A stretch of DNA of 64,000 bases from Bdellovibrionota bacterium (GTDB lineage Bacteria > Bdellovibrionota_C > UBA2361 > JBGSMV01), in NCBI GenBank assembly GCA_041739995.1, contig JBGSMV010000047.1, positions 64,001-128,000 on the forward strand, given 5' to 3'. A program made the translations under genes and the position numbers. The notes under the pieces are model-generated. The model was not told the DNA's origin. It did not search any database and saw only the letters and a program-made list of their open reading frames with translations. Each line of letters opens with the position of its first letter. The first letter of the stretch is position 1. Positions 8,605 through 17,081 of this stretch are shown here, in pieces.

Positions 8605-10366
8605 AGCAGCGCCACAAGAAATAACAATGAGCGCCGAGATACCCTTCCCCCCCTGCGCCTCTTCCGAATTTATACAGGAGTCTTCAGCTCATCGGCCACT
8701 CCTACTCTACCAAGCCTCGCGTACCCAATCTTCTCGTACCCAGGCACACGCTTCTCAGAGACTAGTCTTGCACGCCTGCCCTTGCGCGCTACGTTCTGGG
8801 GTAAAGCGCGGCATGACGGTAACGCTCGCCGAATCACTGTGCGCCCGCAACCCCCTGGTCATTTCTTCACAGCCAGAACAAGAAGCCTCTCTGCTCTATC
8901 GCCTCGCTCGCTGGGCACTCAAATTCTCTCCTCTCGTGGCTATTGATACAGAACTTTCTGAAGCTATACGCAGTAAATCTCTTCATACGCTCTCGCCTCT
9001 TCATTACTGCTTTAGCATTGATCTCACTGGCACAGAGCGCATACATGGAAGCGAGATTTCTATAATTTCTAGGCTTGCTCGCGCACTCAGCTCCCGAAAT
9101 GTAACTGCGCGCTACGCCATTACACCTTCCCCAGGAGCCTCTTGGGCTCATGCTCATTTTGGAGGCGAGAGTCCCGTCATTATTGAAGACAGCCCAAACT
9201 CAACGGCAGTTCTTGAGCAATCACTCTACTCTCTGCCTATTGAATCACTGCGCCTGACGACAGCTGACTCACTTAGCTTGCGCTCACTTGGAATTATAAA
9301 GGTAGGAGAACTATTAAAAATACCTCTCTCGAAACTAGGGCTGCGCTTTCCGGATGCGCAAGGCCCCAGAGGTATCCTCACACGCCTCCGTCAAGCACTC
9401 GGCACTCAGCACGAGGCGCTCTGCTTTATCCATGCAAAGACCGTTCTTTCCGCCAAGAAAACCTTCGATATTCCAGCCTCGTCGCATGAAGCGATCGGCT
9501 TCGTCATCCTAGAGCTTCTTAAAGAAGTCTTCGAAAGACTCGCCTTTGAAAGAAAAAATACTCGTGCGCTTATTCTCGAACTTCATACGCGCTCAATCGA
9601 TCGAACTGTCTCTACTATTCGTAAAGAGCTTACGCTCTGCCACGCCACAAGAGATCTTATCCATGCCAAATCAGTCATCGCTCCTATAATAGAGTCCATT
9701 CGCAATGTAGAAGGCGTTGTTTTTATTAGTGTCACGGCACGCCTAACTACCACAGCACAATTTTGCCAAAAGCCACTACCACAACTTGCGCATGGCCAAG
9801 GAGCAACTCTTGATAAGGGAGAAACAGACGACGCCTCGGTGGGAGAGCTTCTCAATCATCTAGTAGCACGCTGTGGAAAGGAGCGTGTGGTACGAGTCTT
9901 GCGCCATGATTCTTATTTGCCAGAGAAATCTTTCTCTTATCAAAGCGTTGCTTCGCACTCTGTTTCGCGAGCTGCTGCTCCGCCAGCAACCGTTCCAGGA
10001 GCAACCGTCCCAAAAACAACAAGCGGTGCTTCTCTAAACCGTCCTTCTTACTTATTTGACACCCCAGAGCCCGTGTCCGCGATTGCAATGCTCCCCGACA
10101 AACCACCTTCTCAACTGCTCTGGAATGGGGAACGCCTTAGAGTCGCTGCAGCAGAAGGCCCTGAAAGAATCTCTCTGGAATGGTGGCAGCACTCGCTTAA
10201 TGGCACAGAAGCGCAGCTTCAAAGCAACGTCGCGGCGCAGCCTCGAAACAATCTAGCCGCGCAGTCTCGAGACTATTTTTCTCTGCAAGACCACACCGGT
10301 CGCTGGCTGTGGGTTTTTAGAGACAACTCTTCGTCGCAATGGTTCGTGCACGGACTCTGGTTATAG
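8462..10366 (+). CDS. imuB: ImuB (inactive Y-family polymerase)
   Basis: Typical N-terminus MKRRYLCVYLP at ATG 8462. C-terminal GPERIxxEWW, RDYF, GRWLWVFR, WFVHG. Confidence 0.9.
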   Translation: MKRRYLCVYLPLWGLQVWHLTKKAQATQSNQTIKLTGKSAAKSIATIEAAPQEITMSAEIPFPPCASSEFIQESSAHRPLLLYQASRTQSSRTQAHASQRLVLHACPCALRSGVKRGMTVTLAESLCARNPLVISSQPEQEASLLYRLARWALKFSPLVAIDTELSEAIRSKSLHTLSPLHYCFSIDLTGTERIHGSEISIISRLARALSSRNVTARYAITPSPGASWAHAHFGGESPVIIEDSPNSTAVLEQSLYSLPIESLRLTTADSLSLRSLGIIKVGELLKIPLSKLGLRFPDAQGPRGILTRLRQALGTQHEALCFIHAKTVLSAKKTFDIPASSHEAIGFVILELLKEVFERLAFERKNTRALILELHTRSIDRTVSTIRKELTLCHATRDLIHAKSVIAPIIESIRNVEGVVFISVTARLTTTAQFCQKPLPQLAHGQGATLDKGETDDASVGELLNHLVARCGKERVVRVLRHDSYLPEKSFSYQSVASHSVSRAAAPPATVPGATVPKTTSGASLNRPSYLFDTPEPVSAIAMLPDKPPSQLLWNGERLRVAAAEGPERISLEWWQHSLNGTEAQLQSNVAAQPRNNLAAQSRDYFSLQDHTGRWLWVFRDNSSSQWFVHGLWL

Positions 10367-10392
10367 GTCTGTGGTTATAGAAGATCTGCGTT

Positions 10393-13300
10393 ATGCCAGA
10401 CATTCCCTACATAAAGCTCAAGCCTCAAAGCCCCCCTGCTTCAAGCAGAACCAGCTTCCACTCTGTGCACGGCGCACCGCACTACGCTGAGCTTGAAGCA
10501 ATAAGTAACTTCTCTTTTCTTCGGGGCGGAAGTCATCCTGAGGAACTTATCACCACTGCGGCAAATCTTGGGTACCGCGCTATTTCAATAACGGACTTCC
10601 ACTCTCTTAGTGGCGTGGTACGTGCCCATCAAGCTGCTCGCCATCTCCCGATTCAATTCATCGTCGGTTGTCGCCTGCTCCTCAAATGGAAGGATACTTA
10701 TACTTTCACCGCACTGGTCTATCCCCGCACTCGCAAAGCATATGGGGCACTATGTCGTTTGCTCACCCTGGGAAATCGCCGAGCACCAAAAGGCAGCTGT
10801 TTTCTCAACACAGAAGACTTTCTCCAATATCATGCCGAGCTTGTTACTACGCTCGTTCCTCCTTCTAACCACTCAATCTCAGATCAGTATCAAGTGCTGG
10901 CCTTTTCTGAATTCGCGCGAGCAATCTGTGATGGTCACAATGAAAAACACCTGCTCTCAATCGCCATTTCTAGAGACTATGGTCATCGAGAGCGAAACCA
11001 GGCATCTGAGATTCAAAGTTTTGCTCGATATTTGAACATTCCGCTGGTTGCGACAGGAAATATTTACTACCACGCACCAGATCGGCGCCCGCTTCAAGAC
11101 GTACTCACCTGCATCAGAGAAAAGACTAACATTGAATCAGCCGGACTTCGTTTGCTTCAGAATTCTGAACGCTGGCTCAAGCCTCCTTCAGAGATTTCTC
11201 GCCTCTTTCGAGAATTTCCCGGGGCTTGTACTCGCACTCTTGAAATTGCCGAATTGTGTAAGGATTTCTCGCTTGATCAGCTTCGCTACGAGTACCCAGA
11301 GGAAGTGTGCCCGGCGGGCAAACTCCCCATTGAATATCTGGGAACACTCGTGCAAGAGGGTGCCCTGCGCCGCTACCCAAAGGAGCGCCTCCCTGAGGGT
11401 GTGCCGGCAAAGGTGCAGCTTCTTATCAAGCAAGAGCTCGCGCTTATACAGGAACTGAATTACGAAAAGTACTTTCTTACCTGCTATGACATTGTACGCT
11501 TTGCGCGCAGTCGAGGAATCTTATGCCAAGGCAGAGGTGCGGCAGCCAACTCGGCAGTATGCTTTTGTCTTGAGATTACCTCGGTTGACCCTGCACACAT
11601 TGACCTCTTATTTGCGCGTTTTATTAGCAAAGAGCGCAACGAACCTCCTGACATTGACATTGACTTTGAACATGAGCGAAGAGAGGAGGTTATTCAGTAT
11701 ATTTATGAGCGTTTTGGGCGTGAAAGGGCGGGGCTCACTTGTGAAGTCATTACCTATCGCTATCGAAGTGCGGTACGCGATGTAGGCAAAGCGTTAGGAC
11801 TTCCACACCAAGTCGTAGATAAGCTTGCCAAGACCATCCACCGTTGGTCCGACTACGCGATCCCGACAGAAGAACTACGCACAATTGGGCTCAACCCTTC
11901 GGCCACCGCAGTGCAGAATACCTTCTTGCTTGCTCAACAGCTTTGCAGCTTTCCTCGTCATCTCTCACAGCACGTTGGCGGCTTTATCATTTCTCAAGCG
12001 CCGCTATGTGAAACAGTTCCCATTGGAAATGCCGGCATGGCCTCTCGCACCATTATCGAGTGGGATAAAGACGACATTGAAGCTCTCGGCATGCTAAAGA
12101 TTGATGTGCTGGCATTGGGGATGCTGACTTGCATTCGCAAAGCGCTCAGCATGGTAAATCACCGCCTTCTGCATTCTCGAAGTTCTTTGTTCCCACTCGA
12201 ATTGCACTCCATTCCCGCGGAAGACCCGCATGTTTACGATATGATTTGTCGCGCCGACACCATCGGTGTTTTTCAGATTGAGTCCCGAGCACAGATGTCC
12301 ATGCTTCCCAGGCTAAAGCCGCGCTGCTTTTATGATCTAGTCATAGAAGTCGCGATTGTTCGCCCGGGACCAATTCAGGGCAACATGGTGCATCCCTTTC
12401 TTAAGCGACGTGCCGGGATTGAACCCGTCTCGTTTCCCGATCAAAGAGTGGCAGACATTCTTGGAAAAACCCTCGGTGTTCCTATATTTCAAGAACAGGC
12501 CATGCGTTTGGCAATCGTGCTGGCTCAGTTTAGCCCCGGAGAAGCTGAGCAACTCCGCCGCGCCATGGCGGCATGGAAGCGCGACAAGGGAGTTATTGCG
12601 ACGTTTAAAAAACGTATTGTTGATGGCATGCAAAAAAGTGGCTACTCACCGCAGTTCGCTCAACATTGCATGAATCAGATCAAAGGTTTTAGTGAATATG
12701 GATTTCCTGAATCACACGCCGCCTCCTTTGCTCTGCTGGTATATGCCTCTGCGTGGTTAAAGTATCATTTTCCGGCTGAATTTGCTGCCAGCTTGCTCAA
12801 CAGCCAACCAATGGGCTTTTACTCCTCTTCTCAAATTGTGCGTGATGTTCAAGAACACGCCGTTGACGTGCGTGAAGTGGATGTAAATCAGAGCAACTGG
12901 GACTCTAAGCTAGAATATCAAGACGATTTTTCAAAAGCGCCAGCTCTGCGACTTGGTATGCGTCTGGTAAAAGGGCTTCCAAAAGATCAAGCATTGTTGA
13001 TTCAACAAGCGCGCGAAGGATATGGCGCTTTTAGTTCAATCCAAGATCTTTGGCATAAGTTGCATCTTAGTTCTCGTGGTAACGCGTCACATAGCATCAC
13101 CCCAAGAAAACTTGCTCTTACCATACTTGCTGAAGCTGACGGATTTACCTCTATGCGACTCTCTCAGAGACAGGCGCTTTGGGAAATTCGCTCGCTTCCT
13201 GATCTCCCCACCAGGCTCGATGCAGTAATGCAGAAGCACGAGACAAGCGCCGAAAGCCAAGTAACTCTCCCCTTGCTGAGTCAGCAACATGCCATGTTCC

Positions 13301-13734
13301 AAGATTATCGCCTCACTGGACTTTCACTACGTGCACATCCTCTTCAATTTGTGCGCGCCTACCTTAATGGCCGTGGTGCGAGCACCGCACAAGCACTAAA
13401 GAGCCGGCCGCTTGCTACCCTTAGAGGTAGCAAAGCGGATCGCTATGTAAAAGTCGCTGGCATCGCCATCGTTCGTCAGCGCCCTGGAACCGCAAAGGGT
13501 GTGGTTTTTGTTACACTGGAAGATGAAACAGGTATTGCGAATCTTATTATTCGACCAGAGATTTTCGATCTGCACCGCTCAATCATTCTCAGCAGCAGCT
13601 CTCTGCTGGCTGAGGGCACGCTCGACCGAGTAGGAGAAGTGGTTTACGTATCAATAACTCGCCTCGAGAGCCTCGATTCAATGGTACTTGTAGATGAGCG
13701 GCCAAATTTTCCGAACTTGAGCTACTCATACTGA
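10393..13734 (+). CDS. dnaE2: Error-prone DNA polymerase DnaE2 (ImuC)
   Basis: YAEL..SNFSFLRGGSHPEEL, GRGAAANS, PPDIDIDFEH, FPRHLSQHVGG, YGFPESHAASFA, RQRPGTAKGVVFVTLEDETG. Confidence 0.97.
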   Translation: MPDIPYIKLKPQSPPASSRTSFHSVHGAPHYAELEAISNFSFLRGGSHPEELITTAANLGYRAISITDFHSLSGVVRAHQAARHLPIQFIVGCRLLLKWKDTYTFTALVYPRTRKAYGALCRLLTLGNRRAPKGSCFLNTEDFLQYHAELVTTLVPPSNHSISDQYQVLAFSEFARAICDGHNEKHLLSIAISRDYGHRERNQASEIQSFARYLNIPLVATGNIYYHAPDRRPLQDVLTCIREKTNIESAGLRLLQNSERWLKPPSEISRLFREFPGACTRTLEIAELCKDFSLDQLRYEYPEEVCPAGKLPIEYLGTLVQEGALRRYPKERLPEGVPAKVQLLIKQELALIQELNYEKYFLTCYDIVRFARSRGILCQGRGAAANSAVCFCLEITSVDPAHIDLLFARFISKERNEPPDIDIDFEHERREEVIQYIYERFGRERAGLTCEVITYRYRSAVRDVGKALGLPHQVVDKLAKTIHRWSDYAIPTEELRTIGLNPSATAVQNTFLLAQQLCSFPRHLSQHVGGFIISQAPLCETVPIGNAGMASRTIIEWDKDDIEALGMLKIDVLALGMLTCIRKALSMVNHRLLHSRSSLFPLELHSIPAEDPHVYDMICRADTIGVFQIESRAQMSMLPRLKPRCFYDLVIEVAIVRPGPIQGNMVHPFLKRRAGIEPVSFPDQRVADILGKTLGVPIFQEQAMRLAIVLAQFSPGEAEQLRRAMAAWKRDKGVIATFKKRIVDGMQKSGYSPQFAQHCMNQIKGFSEYGFPESHAASFALLVYASAWLKYHFPAEFAASLLNSQPMGFYSSSQIVRDVQEHAVDVREVDVNQSNWDSKLEYQDDFSKAPALRLGMRLVKGLPKDQALLIQQAREGYGAFSSIQDLWHKLHLSSRGNASHSITPRKLALTILAEADGFTSMRLSQRQALWEIRSLPDLPTRLDAVMQKHETSAESQVTLPLLSQQHAMFQDYRLTGLSLRAHPLQFVRAYLNGRGASTAQALKSRPLATLRGSKADRYVKVAGIAIVRQRPGTAKGVVFVTLEDETGIANLIIRPEIFDLHRSIILSSSSLLAEGTLDRVGEVVYVSITRLESLDSMVLVDERPNFPNLSYSY

Positions 13735-13871
13735 GACTCTGGGGCATGTGCGCTTCCGCTAACACCTCTCGCTTTTTCCTTAGATTGAGCCTCCTCTGTG
13801 TAACCCCATGACCTCAGTGGTGAAATTTTCTCAAGGACTAATACGACAGACGAAAAGTGTTTGTAGCCAGC

Positions 13872-13918
13872 AAAAAACGCCTGGGGAGCTTTTCACTACC
13901 CCAGGCGTTTCTCTTTTT
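13872..13918. terminator. Bidirectional rho-independent terminator
   Basis: 12-bp stem AAACGCCTGGGG/CCCCAGGCGTTT with an A-run on one side and a T-rich run on the other, between convergent genes. Confidence 0.85.
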
Positions 13919-13941
13919 CTTAAGAGACTTGCCGTTGCTGC

Positions 13942-15012
13942 TTACTGAAATGTTCTTAAAGCAGTCACCCGAGCGAAGCTATCTTGGAACCCAGTGTTTT
14001 CGCTCCCAGTCTCTCGAACTTTTGAAACGGTAACCGTAATAGTGCTGGCCCCCGCTGGGATTGGAATTATCTGTTTGCCAGAAACCGCAAACCTGGTTCC
14101 GTCCCACCCACTCTGGGTTCCCGCCATCGAACAAGGCTGCACCGAGATTGCCCCAACAACAATATCTACGCTCGTACGCATCCCGTCATAGGAACTGCAT
14201 GTGTAATCTACGAGCATGTACTTAGCACCCGCTGGGAGTGCTAGCGGCTGAGAAGTGGATCCCTGACAGCCAATGGTCGCCTGACTACATCCCGCAGGAG
14301 CAGTTGGAGTCTGTAAGCTTGAAATGAGAGCTGGTCCCACTTGCGTCCCCGCAAAGCTTGCACCAGCGGGTCCTTGAGGACCAACGGCTCCCGCAGGGCC
14401 GACTTGGCCTTGAGCTCCTTGGATACCTTGCGTACCCTGTGGGCCTGTTGCTCCACGCGGACCAGTCACTCCCGCAGGACCTGTTGCGCCAGTAGCACCA
14501 ATGGCGGCTGCCTCTCCTGGAGCACCACTTGGACCGGCAGGTCCGGTCGCGCCAACTTGACCCGAAATACCCTGTACTCCGGGAACTCCTTGAAGCCCCA
14601 TTTGTCCACTTGGACCCACCGGTCCAGTCGCGCCAGCTTGACCAGCGACGCCCTGAGCTCCAGCAACTCCTTGGAGTCCCATTGGTCCAACAGGACCGAT
14701 CGGTCCCGTCGCCCCAGTCGCTCCCGCTGCTCCATCAACACCGTCATTGGAAGCTGAATCGATCAGTTTTTGAACGTCCGCTGGTGAAGCGACGGCTCCG
14801 ATAAGCTTAAACCTACCGGGACACTTCTTTCCGGTTACAAGGCGAATCGCTTGAACTCGCGTACCGGAATTAAAAACTTTTGTGTTATTTTTCCGCTGAC
14901 ACAGCAAAGACTGAGCATTTACCTCAGAAGCCGCGGACGCGATTGATAATAGAGAAAGGGAGATGGCGATTACCCTGGCTGTGGGACCAGAGCCAATATT
15001 TGAACGAAACAT
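13942..15012 (-). CDS. Secreted collagen-like protein
   Basis: Signal peptide ending ..EVNA. About 42 Gly-X-Y triplets (26 + 16, with one AAI interruption) between Cys-containing globular domains. Confidence 0.92.
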   Translation of the reverse strand: MFRSNIGSGPTARVIAISLSLLSIASAASEVNAQSLLCQRKNNTKVFNSGTRVQAIRLVTGKKCPGRFKLIGAVASPADVQKLIDSASNDGVDGAAGATGATGPIGPVGPMGLQGVAGAQGVAGQAGATGPVGPSGQMGLQGVPGVQGISGQVGATGPAGPSGAPGEAAAIGATGATGPAGVTGPRGATGPQGTQGIQGAQGQVGPAGAVGPQGPAGASFAGTQVGPALISSLQTPTAPAGCSQATIGCQGSTSQPLALPAGAKYMLVDYTCSSYDGMRTSVDIVVGAISVQPCSMAGTQSGWDGTRFAVSGKQIIPIPAGASTITVTVSKVRETGSENTGFQDSFARVTALRTFQ

Positions 15013-15180
15013 ATGTACTATTCCTCAATAAATAAACCGGCAAGAGCTGTCCCCACAGACACTCAGGGGCCGGATGCAACCCATATAACTACCGTAATTA
15101 TGAGGCCGCTGAAGAATTGTGTGTGCTAGTCCTGGGATCTCCCTTCAATACAATCACTTAGGTGATTGAGATCTGCGCTT

Positions 15181-15582
15181 TCACCAGTCTGTTATTTCGA
15201 TAGGGTTGAACTCATCGACGACAAGATGAAGTCCAAGAACTCTATCATTCTCAACCCTTCCAATCACTTCATACTTGCCGGCGTGAATGGGGGGATTAGG
15301 TAGAGAAGAGCGTCTGTACCACTTTTCTAAAATGGGGAGACTTTGTCCGTCATTAGTGAGCACGTAGCTGCTATTCCATAGTAGCCCTTGGCGGCCACTG
15401 CTAAAGCGGCCGGCAGGTTTCCACCCATCGATTGCTGCCTCTGTGGGACGCTGATCATTAAAAGCCTCGGCGTTTCGCCCCACGAATTGCAAATCGCCCC
15501 AAACAACTACGTGCTTACCGAGAGAGACCTCGTTTAAGACGACGATACTGCAAGACTCTCGCCCCTGAAGTACCAAAGCCAA
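15181..15582 (-). CDS. Hypothetical protein, possibly OB-fold
   Basis: GKHVVVWG..YVL..GKYEVIGRV..LVVDEF beta-strand pattern. Start is uncertain and overlaps the upstream gene by 68 bp. Confidence 0.45.
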   Translation of the reverse strand: MALVLQGRESCSIVVLNEVSLGKHVVVWGDLQFVGRNAEAFNDQRPTEAAIDGWKPAGRFSSGRQGLLWNSSYVLTNDGQSLPILEKWYRRSSLPNPPIHAGKYEVIGRVENDRVLGLHLVVDEFNPIEITDW

Positions 15583-16174
15583 GAAGTGAATTAAGCATTA
15601 CCGGCCAGTATTGAATCGGTCCTAACAAACATGAGTACACGATGAACACCGACCAATCGACAAAGGGCGCAATGATATCCCAGCGACTTAGTCCGTCGAG
15701 AGTGTTCCTCTTCTTAGTATGAAGTAACTGCAGAATCTGTCCTGAATGAACAAACACAATGGTTGACGTCACCGATGCCCATTCTAATTGATCCCGCCAG
15801 GCAAATAGGCTCTCACGTGCGAAGGAGGCAACACCAATTCCAGCCGCACTAAGTAGCAGCACCACCACAATCATTACGCGCTCAAACGGACTACGAGAAG
15901 GCGGAAGAAGCTCCATCTGAATAAGATTCAAGACTCCCACCAGTACCCAAGCACCACATCCAAACGCAAGCGGAATATTAATGGTCTCAAGGCCGCAGGC
16001 GTACAGCACCCAGACCGAATTCGCTAGGCACACGCCCGCAAAACGTGCCGGGGTAATCGCTTCCGTATGTCCTACTCGGTAGTTAGTAAAAGCTTGATGA
16101 AATCCACCATAAGAGGCGAACCAAAGTGCCGCTAAGGCAAGTATCGAAAATATCAGGAGAGCGCCTTCGTACAC
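15515..16174 (-). CDS. 7-TM SWEET/PQ-loop (two MtN3-like repeats) transporter-like protein
   Basis: 3+1+3 hydrophobic segments. Repeats HQ..ITP..WVLY..IP and GQ..GLS..FIVY..WP..N. TAGTG coupling with the upstream gene. Confidence 0.7.
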   Translation of the reverse strand: MYEGALLIFSILALAALWFASYGGFHQAFTNYRVGHTEAITPARFAGVCLANSVWVLYACGLETINIPLAFGCGAWVLVGVLNLIQMELLPPSRSPFERVMIVVVLLLSAAGIGVASFARESLFAWRDQLEWASVTSTIVFVHSGQILQLLHTKKRNTLDGLSRWDIIAPFVDWSVFIVYSCLLGPIQYWPVMLNSLLGFGTSGARVLQYRRLKRGLSR

Positions 16175-17052
16175 TAGCTGCTCCCAAGCGCTGCGTACGC
16201 ATTTTTAACAAAATCAGAGACTAGAACTGAATCAATTCTATCAGTGTCAGCACCCAACTTGCCGCCATTTTTACTGGCCACAGAGGAGCGAACTCCGCTT
16301 TCTACATCGAAGGAAATCTCAGCCAGAGGGAAGATTTTCATCAAAGTCTCATCAGACGCCAACTGCTGCACACGCTGGGCTATATTTTTCGGATTAAGCC
16401 CGCCAGAAATCGCCAATTTCGATTGCGGGGCATTCGCTCGGAGAAGCTCCGCCACACTCCGCACGTCTTCAATCAAAAATTCCAGTCCCGCCCCACCGGA
16501 TCTATCAAGCAAGAACGTATCAGCCACGCCTGCCAGCCCATGAACATATTGAGCTGCTTGATTCTCAGGCAACGAGAGCAACGCCTGGCTCAACGGAAAT
16601 ACTAAAGAGATATTCTCGAACTGATTTTTTAACTTCTCACACTCATGCGGCGGCACTACTGCATTTATCTGAACAATCAGGTCGGGCGAATCGAGCATCG
16701 ATAGCAGCGCGGGCAAGGTCGAATGAATGGGTAAAAAGAAGGCTTCTAATTGAGACAGCGATGAGCCGCCCACACTGCCACGACTACGGTCTTGAAGATC
16801 AAGATGCAGCGCGGCCTTGAATCCCCGTGCCCCTGCGCGGACTATTCCAGCTTTCAGCACCGTTACTGACTCAACCTTTCGTGGAGACCACTTGACCTCC
16901 GCAGCAATAGTGTGTGCATCGACCGCAAACCCGAAACAAGGAGAATGGGTTGCGCCGTTGGCCGATGGCAACCACCGATCAAAAGCTTCAACCGCACCCT
17001 CGATATCAGCGAGAGATTGCAGTGCGCTTATACAAAGATAGGGTTTATTCAT
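16174..17052 (-). CDS. TrpF (PRA-isomerase)-like TIM-barrel protein of unknown function
   Basis: FLLDRSGGAG, AISGGLNPKNI and FDVESGVR phosphate-binding motifs. ATG at 17052 (MNKPYL) lies 30 bp after the cysNC stop. Confidence 0.75.
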   Translation of the reverse strand: MNKPYLCISALQSLADIEGAVEAFDRWLPSANGATHSPCFGFAVDAHTIAAEVKWSPRKVESVTVLKAGIVRAGARGFKAALHLDLQDRSRGSVGGSSLSQLEAFFLPIHSTLPALLSMLDSPDLIVQINAVVPPHECEKLKNQFENISLVFPLSQALLSLPENQAAQYVHGLAGVADTFLLDRSGGAGLEFLIEDVRSVAELLRANAPQSKLAISGGLNPKNIAQRVQQLASDETLMKIFPLAEISFDVESGVRSSVASKNGGKLGADTDRIDSVLVSDFVKNAYAALGSS

Positions 17053-17081
17053 TGAAACGCTCGAAACGCCTTCGCGGAGCT

